Positions 43,117 to 56,379 of a stretch of 64,000 bases of DNA are shown piece after piece. The notes under the pieces were generated by a model that saw only the letters and a program-made list of their open reading frames with translations, had not been told where the DNA came from and ran no database searches. The stretch spans positions 124,001 through 188,000 of the forward strand of contig JBEWZL010000003.1 in the NCBI GenBank assembly GCA_045837725.1, given 5' to 3'. This DNA comes from Vermamoeba vermiformis. Lineage: Eukaryota. Within the stretch, counting starts at the first letter, position 1. Each line of letters opens with the position of its first letter. The translations under genes and the position numbers were made by a program.

Positions 43117-45544
43117 TTAAACAATTGCTAGCAAGGTCGCCAAAGCCGTAGCGTGTACCATCCCGATCGACAGAATTGTCGTGCTTGAAACACCCGTCAA
43201 CACACTACGGGATGAAGGCACTCGCGTTGGAGACAACACTGGGGAAGTTGCAGGAGAGCTGGCTGGTACTTGAACGGGTGTATCAGCAAGCGGTGATTTG
43301 TTGGCAGGACTAACGACTGGCTCGGAATTAGGCACACTGATTGGCGCAGCTGGAATACTCGTTGGTGCTGCAACTGGTGAATCATCATGTGTTGGAGAGT
43401 TGAACGGTGTGGCCAAAGGCACTTCAATTTCTGGCGAGTCGATAGGCACAAGTGGCTCGGCAACAGGGCCGTCACAACTGGGTGTATTGCCAGTCGGTGT
43501 CTCAACTGGCGCATCAATTGGAGAGTACAATGGCGGCACGTCAACTGGTGTCGTTTCTGGTGATTCTACAGGCGATTCATTTGCAAGCGGAGTATCAATT
43601 GGGGAGCACTGCTCGGCGTGTCCCAAATAGGCGAATCAATGGGTGGTTCAATCGGATTTGGTTCCGTGAAGGTGATTCTATTGGTAATTCAATTGCAAGT
43701 GGAACATCAATTGGTGTGTCAATAGGAGCACTAACTGGTGAGTCTAATGGAGGACTGATTGGTGAATAAATCGGAGTTGGTTGAGGAGAAGGTTCTGCGA
43801 CCGGGGCAACTGGAGGACTGATTGGTGTAGTTGTTGGTGAATCAATCGGTGTGTCGATGGGCGTTGATTCGGGTGAAGGTTGGGGTGAAGGACTGAGAGG
43901 TTCGGCAACGGGCGATCCATCTACAGGAACATTCGCTGGCGCGTCAGCAGGAGTGTCAACCGGAGTACTAAGAGGTGAAGCACTGAAAGGTGTATTGTTA
44001 ATCGGTGGTTCTGGCGTGTCAACGGGCGTACCAAGTGGTGAGGCTTCGGGTGAATCGCTAGTAGGCGTTTGGTTTGAAGGCGTGTCGGTTGGCACAAAGC
44101 TTGGAGCGTCACTTAACGGTGCTTCAATTGGTACAAATGACGGTGAATCCACTGGTGAATCAATTGGCACGTTGTTCAACGGCACCGAAACTGGAACGTC
44201 AACAGGAGAATTGACAGGTACATTAACTGGAGAATTTACTGGTGGACTGGCAGGTGCTTGAACAGGCGCGGTAACTGGTGTGATTGCAACAGGTTCGTTG
44301 ACGGGAGCGTTTTGGGGACCGATAGATCCAATTGGAGTTTCACAGGTTCTGAACAGGATATTAAAAAACATGAAATTGAACCTTTGCCTGTATATTACAC
44401 TTACATATTCACGTCACACATGCCCGTATCTGGATTGCACGTGTAAGTTTCGCAGCTGGTGTCACACGGACATGAAGTGAAGCACGGTATTGTGTACACT
44501 GCCATAGAGTTCAGAGTTGCGCTTTTAATGCCACCGATTATGTATACTGAGGGACCGATAAGCGCTACAAAAGCGCCGCTCAATGGAGTCGGAAGAGTTC
44601 CGTTGACAGCCCAAGTGTCACTCGCAACGTAATACCGAAGAATGGTCGATTGCAAGCCATCGAAAAAGAAATCTTGATCGTTTCCTCCAAATAGCCAGAT
44701 AGCATCCGATGTAGCGAACCCTCCTGCATAGACTCTCTTCGGTGGGCTTTGAAGAGTTGACCAGATCTGGTTTGACAGTTTTGTCAAGTAAGTTCCAGCA
44801 ACGTAGATCTCGCTGTTCTTAAATACACCCAGTTGGCCATAGATGTTATACAATGGTTTGGAATCGTTTGCGTAAGAGTCCGTAACAGGATCATATATCC
44901 AATGGCCGTAGTTTTGGGTCGGATCGTTCGCAACGAATCCGTTAATGATGTGGATCTTGTTCGTGTCGCTGTCCCATACGCAAGTTGGGGCCAAACGATG
45001 ATAAGGCATAGTGCCATATTCCCATTTCTGCGTTGATATCGTATAAGTACCTCGTACAGCTGAATAGGCCACGCCAGTATAACCACCTAACATTTAACTT
45101 CAGGTTAGACCTTGTCGGAAATTTATTCCGGAATAGCTACCTATAATATATATTAATATACTTACCAAATACGTCAATCTTATTAGAACCATCATATACT
45201 GCACAGGCTTCTTCTATGGTAGATTGATAATTCGGATGTGAAGTCCATGTTTTCGTGCGGACGTTGAATTCGCGCACAGCATTCGTTATCGCATATGAAC
45301 TAATGTTAGTGATACCACCAACGAAGAATAAGGACTCTCCGACAACAGTGCTCGCCGAAAAAGCCACGCCTTCAGCCAAATCTGGTAACTGGACGAAGGA
45401 ACAGGAGGCAGCAGAGCAAAAAACTATATTTACAATCCGTTAATTACTAATAGTAGGCTTTTCCGCTGAAAAAAAGGATTTTCGAAATGAGATCCTGCCG
45501 CAGATCATCTTTGACTTACGAATGGAGAGTAGCAATATCTTCAT
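43117..45544 (-). CDS. Secreted Kelch-repeat protein with Pro/Ser/Thr mucin-like stalk and GPI-like tail (apparent indels ~43600-43670)
   Basis: MKILLLSI|LFCSAASC signal; GG..Y..W Kelch repeats; small Cys-rich motif; [ST]P[IV][DE] repeats; hydrophobic C-terminus. Confidence 0.8.
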
Positions 45545-45937
45545 TATAGACCGATCCTGCATTATTACAATAACTCTATCTTGTGGTGCTTCGTTTCAAT
45601 TTAAACTTAAGTTAAATTGCAACAACAAGATTCTCCAGGTGTCAACGTGCTATGACATTTCAGTTGCTGTTGCTAACTATCGGACGAATTTAAGACTTAC
45701 CGATGCACCTATTGAATTGCTTCCCTAGTACTAAGATGATTTGTTGTACGCAGTGTACAATCCGCCTTCGCGAGATCCAGATCGGGATGCAGGTACGAGA
45801 CTTTTGCTACTGACGAAATACTGTGGAGTATAATAGAGCATTATCTTACCAAAAACCATTTATTACAAGTGAGTGTCAGATCCAGGTTTTAACCATGTAA
45901 CGACAATCGATGGATTTCCATATAAGGAAATATTACA

Positions 45938-46880
45938 TTAATAACTAATGTTAATAATCTTCTCTGCATATTCGTTCGTAGAAAATGCGATCAAGCTGTG
46001 CGCCACATCAGCTGTCGATTGGAATAAACCATTTTTCAAATGACCATCAATACTGTAGCGATATTTTCCTTTGTAATAACAACATTAGTACTGATGATCA
46101 TTCCTAGTAATATTTAAGGGCCATACCAGTCACTCGTCCTTCAAAAAATCCTCCCGCTCGAATAATCGTCCAATTTAACCAACTCGACTCGGCGATAATC
46201 TTGTCTTCCATAGTCTTCAAATCAGCATATATATTCTTAAATATTCTTCGTCTGAATATGTGTTCATAGAACCATGGGTGCTCGTTGTGCTCGTATAAAC
46301 CGGATGTCGACAGAGAAACTAATCGGGTAACGTTTTCTTTCTTCATTGCTCGCAAAATCTTGATGATACCTTATATAACACATTAACGATATATTAATTT
46401 TGCTTCAGCCTTACTTTCTGTTACAAATGAATTGTTGTTCAAGTCCGGATTCGCAAGGCAGTTGAATACCAAATCTTAGAAATTTATCGATTAGCTAGAG
46501 CGCATTAAATATACGTTATTAATATTACCTGCTCCATGAAGAGCATCTTGTATGCTTGATTCATCGTCACTGTTCAGATCTGTTTTGACAACTCGAAGAT
46601 TTTCGTGCTGGATCGTGATTGCTTCGGGTCTTCGAACTGCAGCTACAACTTTGTAGCCTTGTTCTAGTGCCAATTTAATGGATGCTGTACCACTAGCACC
46701 TAGAAAGAAGTTAGAAATGAAATTTCTGGTAGATCGAATCTGGATCTTACCCGTCGCTCCAAAGATAACAATAGTCTGATTATTGCTTGCTGGCAGAGGA
46801 ACGACAGGTGTAGCTTCAAGAGGGTTTGGCTTGATGCGGCTCAAAGTCCATTGAAACGTTCTTATTAAAGCCCACGACAT
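45938..46880 (-). CDS. NAD(P)-binding flavin reductase/BLVRB-like oxidoreductase
   Basis: IVIFGATGASG, AAVRRPE, WTIIRAG, STADVA. Confidence 0.85.
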
Positions 46881-47613
46881 ATTTTGTTATTCTGATTTTC
46901 TTGCTTGTGTGTTTGATTGATTGTGCAAATAACAGCTGCCACCATATTTATGTTAAGGTCGGCCCGTAACATGGTTTTTACGCCATCCGTAATTCACCGA
47001 TTGGGTCCGCATTTCACCGAGTAAGACATTTTTTTCTGATCTTCAAGCAAATCTGTTAGAGAGCGGGCAAAAAAATTACAAATTAGAAAGTCATGATTTT
47101 AATTGTAATGGAGATTAAAGATTTAGTATAAGGTAAGGAATCAAAAGCGATTTCCTTTTTGATTAAATTAATCAGCAAAGAAATTAGTGATTTGCGAATG
47201 CGTGCTGCTGCAAGCATCTAATCACAATAAATATGATTTATAATGCGAAATGAAAATGCTGTAATTAGCCGGGTGCTAAATCTACTACGCGAACGTGCAG
47301 CAGGCTTTTAATTTATTTCTTGTTATATGTACCTTTATTTTCACGTCAGCATGCTTAGCACTAACTAACTCTTGGTAACAAACCTTGCAGGCAAGATCTG
47401 TGTTATCGTGGATGTTCGAAATCATTTGTAGGCAATTTTCTGCTCTCCGAGAGGCACTCATGCGGCGCTAATAGCAATATAGCTATTTTAATATGATATA
47501 TCGGACATCGTATTGGTCCGGACAACAGGAGGACGTGGCAGATCAGTGACGTGTCAGGCGATAAAAATATCCAAGCCACCAAGCTCAGTTTTAAGTCATT
47601 CAAAGCTTGGCCA

Positions 47614-48355
47614 ATGGAGGCCATCAATCAGCTAGTTGATGGAGTCAGGTGGTTAGATATTAGGCGAAAGATCATCAAGCCTGTAGTTAGTTTTGGCCTT
47701 GTGATCTCGGCTGCAGTATTCATCTACAACGCTTTAAAGATAATTGCGTACACTGAAGGGCCGATCACTGTTGTATTAAGGTAAAAATATCACTTATTAA
47801 GAGAAATAAGCTCTTGGCTTAGTTTCAAAAATCGGATCTGACGCTTTTTAAAAACAGTGAAAGCATGGAGCCAGGATTTTATCGCGGCGATATTTTATTT
47901 TTGTATCACAGCTCAGCGCCAGTTACTGTCGGCGAAATCATTGTCTTCAAAATCCCAGGCAGAGAAATTCCCATCGTGCACCGAGTTTTGCAAATCCACC
48001 AATTGTAAGTAAGCACTATTCAATGAACGAACCCTAGACTTAATGTCATTCTTAATAGAGATATTGGTGACGCCCTGATACTGACGAAGGGCGATAACAA
48101 TCCTGGAGACGACAGATCCATTTATTACGAGACAGATCCAGCCCTTCATTACCTGACGAACGAGCACATTATGGGTCGAGTATACGGGCAAGTATATATT
48201 AATACGTGTCCGTCACTATCAAACACTAATCGTTGTTGTGCAGGTACATCCCGTACGTTGGCTATGCTTCGATCGTTATGAACGACTACCCTATGGTCAA
48301 GTTCATATTATTGGGCATAATAGCGTTGTACACCATAATCCTAGACAGAGAATAA
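47614..48355 (+). CDS. SEC11: Signal peptidase complex catalytic subunit SEC11
   Basis: [54 protein letters not shown]. Confidence 0.93.
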
Positions 48356-48805
48356 AGACTTGTTTGCGTAGCGAACTTATTGAACACCTCCAACAGTACC
48401 GTAACCTTTGCTTAGCAGCGAACTGACTTGATGCATTGGATAGATATAATATTATCGTAGATTGAGTATATATGTATAGCAAAAGTCTATTTTAGGAAAT
48501 GCAAAGCCAAGGCACGTAGTGCGGCTTGGTGTCAGGTCAAAAAAAAATCTCGGTTCAATTTCAATTACTAAACACAAGGCCACAATATAAAAGTAAGTTG
48601 CGAATAACTATTGGACGTAGTATTAATGGCGAAATAATACAAACAACTTTCGTTCAGATTTGCCAGATTAAATTTAAGAATGTGAGATATTAATAATTGA
48701 ATTAATTTATTTTGTTATTTATACTCGTTTAATACGCTGCATTACTTGTCATTTATTATTTATTACGTGACGAAGATTTTTTGTTGATAAGTTTTATTAT
48801 TTCAG

Positions 48806-49749
48806 ATGTCGAAAGAAAAAGTTGATTACTCAGATGACGGTAAGTCAGAGCTCTTTAAATAATAATTATCACCGAGATAATATGTAATTGTGGTATAGAT
48901 CTCGAGCATATCAATATCAGAAATTCAAACTTAATTCAATTTAGCTCGATAGATTGCGCTTAATAGCGTATTGAGTAATAGCATTTCTTAAGTGTCTCGG
49001 CTATTTTATTTTAAATGCCTCACGATAATGAGACCAAATTTCTAACGCGAGTGATCAATTAGGTCGTCTTTTGTTGGACGCCGCCAAGCGAGGCAACATG
49101 AGCTTGATGACCACTCTCATTAAAGGTACGAGTACAATTACTAGTCTTATATTTGGCGAATGGGCTACGCATTCGAATGCCGCATCTGTTGCTAACGAAC
49201 TTGAAAACAATAGAAAACACCAATATGAACCCTAACCCTCAAGATGGATTGGGCAATACTCCTTTGCATTACTCAGCTCAAGCTGGTCACGCAGGTACGT
49301 AATACAAGCGTAATACAGCGAGCTGGATCCGACCCTAACTTATTTTCTTAGATACCGCTACTATGTTGCTTAAGGAACTTAAAGCCGACCCCAACGTCGC
49401 TAACTTTGCTGGTGATACTCCTTTACACAAAGCCGTTGCTGAGAATCACCTCAACATGATTAAACTTCTCGTCGAGGTACATCCACTTTTGAGACCTGCA
49501 CAAACAATTGTTTTAATTAATTACGTATAGAGTGGCGCTAAAGTTGATGTGCCCAACAAGAAGAAGCAAAAGCCTACCGATATGTGCAAGAGCAAAGATG
49601 CTAAGAATATTTTGGCTATGCCTCAAAAGGGTACGCGCGATCCGTTGAAATTTCTTTTGACATTGGTCCTAATCGCTTTGAATATAGTTAAGGAACTTGA
49701 TATCGATCTCTCTGATATTGCCGACGAAGGAGACGTTGACTCCGATTAA
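48806..49749 (+). CDS. Small ankyrin-repeat protein with acidic tail (resembles OSTF1 without SH3)
   Basis: LLDAAKRGN, DGLGNTPLHYSA, GDTPLHKAV, DIADEGDVDSD*; 6 coding exons. Confidence 0.85.
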
Positions 49750-50096
49750 AAGACTTTCATTGTAAGAAACGACCAGATCGCTTCTCAAATAAATATTGTA
49801 CAACAAAATAATTAGTATATAATGCCCGTAGTGAACAACATTACTTGCTTAACTTTGATGGAGGTACAAGTGTTGTATAATAATCCACTCGAACTTGTTG
49901 TTGAGGCATTGTGCGCAGCAACATGGAATTTGTAAGCAAAGAAACGAATCTGAGATTTAAACTTGTGTACAGTAATGATAAATTATTTATTATATAATAG
50001 TAACACAATCGAATATTCAAGCGAGGTAAAATTGAAAAACAGACCAAACCTGTTCGATCTCTTTCGCCTCGCCTGATTATTCGTTAAAAAACTCGC

Positions 50097-50459
50097 TTAT
50101 CGATCCCACATGAACAACTTTGAAACAAATTCATCATATTGAACATAACCAGATTGGCTGGGATCACCTTCGTACAAAAGTTCTTCAATCTGGATGAGAT
50201 TCGAAAATTAGCTCCGTAATTATCCGACTGATGAATTGCACTATAAACATACTTCGTTAGGATCCATATATTCGCCCAATTCATTCAAAACTTGTCTGAG
50301 TTCGTCGGTAGTAACGTAACCTCGACCTATTCGGCGTCAAAAAAAAAAATCAGCAAAATAATCTTAAAAATATGGAAATAATTATATTTCAGCATTACCA
50401 TCCTTGTCGAATACACGGAAGGCTTCGAGTACTTCTTCTCGAGTGTTAATATGGTTCAT
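50097..50459 (-). CDS. 75-aa single-lobe EF-hand protein; probable myosin-I light chain
   Basis: Three exons give MNHINTREEVLEAFRVFDKDGRGYVTTDELRQVLNELGEYMDPNEIEELLYEGDPSQSGYVQYDEFVSKLFMWDR*. An in-frame stop lies in the upstream exon, just before the 5'-UTR intron. Confidence 0.85.
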
Positions 50460-51117
50460 CTGTAAATTGAATTAGAAAAATAAGTTATTTGCTTCAGCCT
50501 GCTAGTATAAACGTAATTTAAATAAATTTAGAAGTTATTTGTACTACACGAAAAACGCACGATGTTGTAGAGCGAAAGCGTAAAGAAAACAGAAAATCAA
50601 CGGCCGATGCCATCCGTTGTCAATAAAATCTTCGTGCTAATTACCTTTTATACTTGGCTTCTTGACACTGAATATGTACAAGTTAACGCCTTATGATTGA
50701 AATGCTTGACAAAATCTTTGGTCGGCAATAAAGCGTAATCTTTTATTAAATTTATCAATCCGAAGATTTTTTGTGTCTGATTCTACTCGGTTTTCTTTCA
50801 AACTCGCTCCTCGCAGCATTAACTACAACAAATTCAATAAGGACCTGTTTGTTGTTTTATTTATTTGCTCCAGAATCTTTTTCGAATCTTACAGGTAAGA
50901 AAAACCTTCGTAATTAAACGAAAGAAAAATGCTCTAGGCTTGCCCATTCGATAAATAGACTAATAATAATAAATATACTCGACCCACGAGCTAATACTGC
51001 GAACTGCTAATTATTTTAAATTAAAAAGATATTTCGGATGGGCTTCGATATTCCCACGTCAAACTTCCCGTATGACAAGCTAACGTATTATTACTACAGA
51101 TTTTAGAGTAGTACAAA

Positions 51118-54100
51118 ATGAGCGCTTGGGGTGTAAGTAGTAAACGATTAATGCTCAAACGGATGCAATTTCGCTAATTGAAGAAAAAGATTACTTTCGA
51201 ATAAATTATGGTGACAATAATACTACGGAATAATCTGGCGCGAGTTTAAACGCGCCGTTTAAGAAGGACTGATGATTATTCTTTTTAACGGTCAGATGCT
51301 GAGTTTGACTTCTAATTTTGAAATATTTAGGACGCAAAACCTGTGTGGAAGGACGTCATGGTCCAAGAAGGTGTTGATGATATGACCCTTCTTTCTAAGG
51401 TACCATATTTTCTAAATTAAATAATTTTTTTTTGCTTTTCTCGTTCGCCTACAATACTAAACAACGCCTTATTAGATTACCAATGAGCAAATTTCAGCTA
51501 ACTTGGAACAACGTTATTATAAGAACATTATTTATGTAAGTACAAAACGTATTGCAAAGCAGATCGAGCGAACCAAACCTAATTGAATTTATTTTGCTGA
51601 AATCAGACTTATATCGGAGATGTGTTGATCTCTGTCAACCCGTTCCAACAGCTCCAAATTTACTCCGATGAGATTCTTTGGGCTTACGTGGGCAAGCCTC
51701 GTATCGAATTGCCTCCGCACATCTACGCTATTGCTGAAGAGTCTTATCGTTCTATGACTGCTGAAAACTTCAACCAATGTATCATTATTAGGTTAGCATT
51801 TTATTAACTGTTAGTTCAAGACGTCTAATTCTATTACTCTGACAAATTCTGGCGCGATCTGGATCTAATATTTTCTTCTTAATAGTGGTGAATCTGGTGC
51901 AGGAAAGACTGAAGCTGCTAAGAAGGTCATGCACTACATTGCTACTATTACTGGTGGCTCTAACCCTAAGATCGACAAAGTCAAGAACGTCATTGTCGAA
52001 TCCAACCCTCTCCTTGAAGCCTTCGGTAACGCTAAGACTTTGAGAAATAACAACAGCTCTCGTTTCGTACGTAACATACGATTAATATATTTTTTTAGCG
52101 CTGAATTAATATTTAAATTTTTTCTGGTAGGGTAAATACTTCGAGATTCAATTTGATCGCGACGGTAACCCTGACGGTGGTCTGATTACGAACTGTATCC
52201 TTATTAACATAATTATGAATACACGGTGCTATTCTAAGCGCTAAGATCTTGTTTTCCTTGACTTTATTTTGCAAACAGATCTGCTCGAGAAGTCTCGTGT
52301 CGTGTACCAACAAGCTGGTGAACGTAACTTCCACATCTTCTACCAACTCACTAAAGGTGCTACTCAACAAGAGCGACGTAAGTATAAGAAACTAGGTCTA
52401 TCGATGCATTACTAACGACACGCATGTCCTTAGAACAATTCAAGTTGATGGGCCCTGAGAAGTACTTCTACACTAACATGGGTCAATCTCTGAACGTTCA
52501 AGGCATTGACGATGTTTCTGACTTCCAAGAAGTTCGCGTAAGTATTCAAAACAACATTATTAGTTAACACTGCGTCATTTGTTTGTCAAGATCCGATTTT
52601 AATATTTTTTGTGAATTACAGCAAGCCATGAATGTCATGGGTATCACTCCTGGCGAGCAAGCTGGTATCCTAGCCTTGTTGGCTGGTATTTTGTGGCTCG
52701 GTAACATCGATTTCAACGAAAAAGCCGACGCCGTCTCCGTCAAGAATATGGACGGTAAGAGATCCAGATCTGCAACCAACGAATCCAAATTCAAAACTTT
52801 TGACACTAATGATCGCGCGAGGTACTAATTCTTGTTTTTTTCAGCTTTGGATCAAGCCGCTGCTCTTCTCAAGGTTCAATCTTCGTTCTTGAAGAACGTG
52901 CTCGAAGAGCGTACCGTCGAGACTAAGCACGGTGCCAAGCGTGGTACTACTTACAAGGTGCCGTTGAACAAGATTCAAGCCATTGCTGGTCGTGACGCCT
53001 TGGCTAAGGGCATTTACGACAGAATCTTCGACTGGTTGGTCGCTAGAATTAACGCTGCTATGCACAAACAAGGTCAGTTAACAATTAATTTCCGCGAATG
53101 AAAACTCCGTATCAGTATTTTAACTTTTTTTACTATTTTTAGAGACTGGCTTGACTATTGGTGTGTTGGACATTTACGGTTTCGAAATTTTCAACAAGAA
53201 CGGTTTCGAGCAGTTTTGTATCAACTACGTCAACGAAAAGTTGCAACAGATTTTCATCGAATTCGTGCTCAAGCAAGAACAGGAAGAATACGTGCGTGGT
53301 AAGTAATCCTCGTAAAATCATTTGTTACGACGAGTTGCTGATCCTGCGTCATTTTATAGAGGGTATCAAGTGGGAGCCTATTCAATACTTCAACAACAAG
53401 ATTGTGTGCGACTTGTTCGAAGGCAAGAACCCTCCTGGCTTGATGGCTATTCTCGACGACGTCTGCAGATCCGTGCACGGTGTTGCTGAAGGTGCTGACC
53501 AAGCCTTGAGTCAAAGATTGACTGGTTGCTCTGGCAACAAGCACTTCGACATGCGTGGCAAGGCTTTCCTCGTGCGCCACTACGCCGGTGATGTACGTAA
53601 CGGTCAATTGACACTTTTTTTTTCGATGTCAAGTGTCACTTTGGCTAACTGTTTGTATTACTGTAGGTGACTTACGAAGTCTCTGGTATGGTCGAAAAGA
53701 ACAAGGACGTGTTCTTGAAGGATCACTTGGAGTTGGTCAAGTCTACTGATAACCAGTTCTTGGGTGTAAGTATTGAATTTGAAGCGGATGCGAGCCACTT
53801 CATGGCAATCACGTGACGAGTCTAACGTTATTGCTTTAGTCTCTCTTCCCTGAAGACGTCGATGAGGACAACAGAAAGCCTCCTTCCACCGCCGGTTTCA
53901 AGATCAAGGTAAATCAGATCTAATTCAGGTTCCACAAACGATACTGACCCGAACGTTCTTCTGTAGACTTCTTGCGGTGAATTGGTTGCCAAATTGAGCG
54001 CTGCTCAACCTCACTACGTTCGTACTATCAAGCCTAACGACAACAAGGAGGTATGTTAAATTTGACTCGATCTGAAAAAAATATTCGCAACGGCTAATTC

Positions 54101-56186
54101 GGATCTTATTTTTAGCCCAATAACTACGACAAACAACGTGTGTTGCATCAAGTCCAATACCTCGGTTTGTTGGATAACTTGAAGGTCAAGCGAGCTGGTT
54201 TCGCCTATCGTACGACTTTCCCCAAGTTCATGGAGCGCTACTACCTGATCTCCGGTTCCACTTCTTATGCCGCTCAAAAGATTTGGAAGGGCAACGATAT
54301 CGATGGTTGCAAGGCCATTTTGAAGGATCAGCCCATCTCTCCCGATGAGTGGCAGATCGGTAAAACTAAAGTTTTCATTCGCCATCCGGAAACTGTAAGT
54401 CACTCTTTAGGTTCGTCTCTGAGCAATACTAACCCTATACCGATATAGTTGTTCTATTTGGAAGACTTGAGAGTTAACTACTGGCACAACATGACGGATC
54501 GAATCAAGTACGCCTACCGCAACTGGAAGAGCTACAAGCACGTTGCTGCCAACCGTATCAAGAACGCTTTCCGATCTTTCAAGACCTATCGCGTTGCTTG
54601 CGCTGTCACTATTCAACGTGCCTACCGCTCGTTCATGAACGTCGCTCCCACTGCGGATTTGAGAGTCAGCAATGAACGTTTCATTCAAGGCAAGAAAGAA
54701 CGCCGTAGATTGTCCGTCACTTCTATTCGAAGATTCTTCGGTGACTACTTGGACATCAAGTCAAAGAGACCTTATGTTGACGTTATGGGCCCTGGCGGTA
54801 AGAACACATCCGGATTTTTTCGTCGACTGAAGAATCTTTTCTAACTTTCAACTTCAATTTAGCCAACGAAGAAGTTATTTTCAGCTTCAAGTGTAACGTT
54901 GTCGTTCACCCTGGTCTCATTGGCAAGAAGAAATTGTCGCCGCGCATCTTGATCTTGACTCACCAAGCTCTTTACTTGATCATGATTATTAACCAGAAGG
55001 GTCAAATCATCAACAAACTCGATCGTCGTATTGAGCTTCAAAACATTAGCGGCGCTATGATGAGTCCTTTCGCCGATAACTTCATCAGTAAGTCAACTAT
55101 CCACTACATCCGCATAACAATTTATTCTAACTTTTATTTAAAGTTCTCGTTAACCAACTTGAAATGTGGGACGTTGCTCTTGAGCTCGAATTCAAGACTG
55201 AGTTGTTGGGTTGGTTGACCTACAAGAACAGTGCTATTGGCAACAACATCCAATACATGGACAAGCTCAAGTACAACAAGAAGAAGAAGAGCAAGGAGAA
55301 CATGAAGTTCCTCAAGGACGATGCTACCTTGGGTACTGCTGACGGTTTGTACAAGAACAACAAGATTAAGATCGCTACTGGCTTGCCTCCCAATACTCGT
55401 AAGTACCACGACGCAAGTTTTATGCGAACTTTCCTAACATTCTGCAGCTATCGCTGAGTTCCGCAGAAAACAAGGTCAAGAGCTCCAGAGACCTATTATC
55501 AAGCCTGATGATCCTATCGTCATTCAAAAGAAGTCAGGCTTTAGCACAGTTGCTCGTGGTCGTGCTCCTCCTAGATTAGAGTCTGGTGGTGGTGCTGCTA
55601 ACAACAGCGCTCCTGCTCCCAAGAAGGCTATGGGTGGCGGCGCTGGTCCCAAGAAGATGGGAGGCGGTCCTGCCCCTGTCGGTGCTGGCCCCAAGAAGAT
55701 GGGTGGTGGCCCTGGTCCATCCGCCGGTGGTCCTAAGAAGATGGGTGGTGGTCCTGCCCCTGTCGGCGCCGGTCCCAAGAAGATGGGCGGAGGTCCTGGT
55801 CCTGCTGCTGGAGGCCCCAAGAAGATGGTTGGTGGCCCTGGTCCTTCTGCTGGTGGTCCCAAGAAGATGGCCGGAGGTCCTGGTCCCGGTGGTCCTAAGA
55901 AGATGGGCCCTGGTCCTGGCGCTGGTGCTCCCAAGAAGATGATGGCTGCTGCTCCTGCTAGGCCGCAAGGTAAGCACTGATGACGTTCTTTATGACCTCC
56001 GAGTATATTTGCTAACTCGATCCAGTTCGTGCCTTGTACAACTACGTTGGCCAAGAAGAGGATGAACTTACTATTCAAGCTGGAGATATCATCAGTCTCA
56101 TCAACAGCGACAATCCTGACTGGTGGGAGGGAGACTTGAACGGTAGAGTTGGTGTCTTCCCTGCCAACTACGTTGAGAAGGTTTAA
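51118..56186 (+). CDS. Long-tailed (amoeboid) myosin-I heavy chain: motor, IQ, TH1, GPA-rich TH2, SH3
   Basis: [35 protein letters not shown]-site [16 protein letters not shown] repeats, SH3 [18 protein letters not shown]. Confidence 0.96.
55617..55950 (+). repeat. Coding tandem repeat (about 42 bp / 14 aa, [14 protein letters not shown]) in myosin TH2
   Basis: About nine PKK[MA] units in ORF 55630-55980 and immediately upstream. Confidence 0.9.
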
Positions 56187-56379
56187 ACGCCTGCAAACTC
56201 GATCCGTATGCGCAACAATTTTAATTGCTTTTGTACTTTAAATTGCTCGAAATTATTTAATAAATCAATCTAATCTTTTCGAATCTAATCTTTTTAGCTT
56301 TTCTAAGTAATTATTGCCGAAGTTGAACAAACTTTTCTTCGCAACCTAAAATCACTTTGTTTCCTTCTGACTACCACAA

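Noticed and set aside
43197-44261. Gly/Ser/Thr-rich plus-strand ORFs
   Set aside because: Antisense of the Pro-rich mucin stalk.
46950-47600. Long non-coding gap, possible ncRNA
   Set aside because: No tRNA, snRNA or SRP motif could be convincingly matched by eye; an Infernal/Rfam scan is needed.
47775-47875. SEC11 SESMEP instead of SGSMEP
   Set aside because: The catalytic Ser and His are retained; this is a minor variant.
47913-48191. Minus-strand 92-aa ORF
   Set aside because: Antisense to SEC11 exons.
51265-51305. C-box/D-box-like words in a myosin intron
   Set aside because: Spacing is too short and there is no clear terminal stem or guide, so a snoRNA is unsupported.
55617-55950. 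Regularly spaced repeats resembling a CRISPR array
   Set aside because: In-frame coding repeats with no unique spacers or cas genes, in a eukaryotic context.
55524-56078. Long antisense and alternate-frame ORFs with PPIFLG repeats
   Set aside because: Shadows of the GC-rich myosin GPA repeat.
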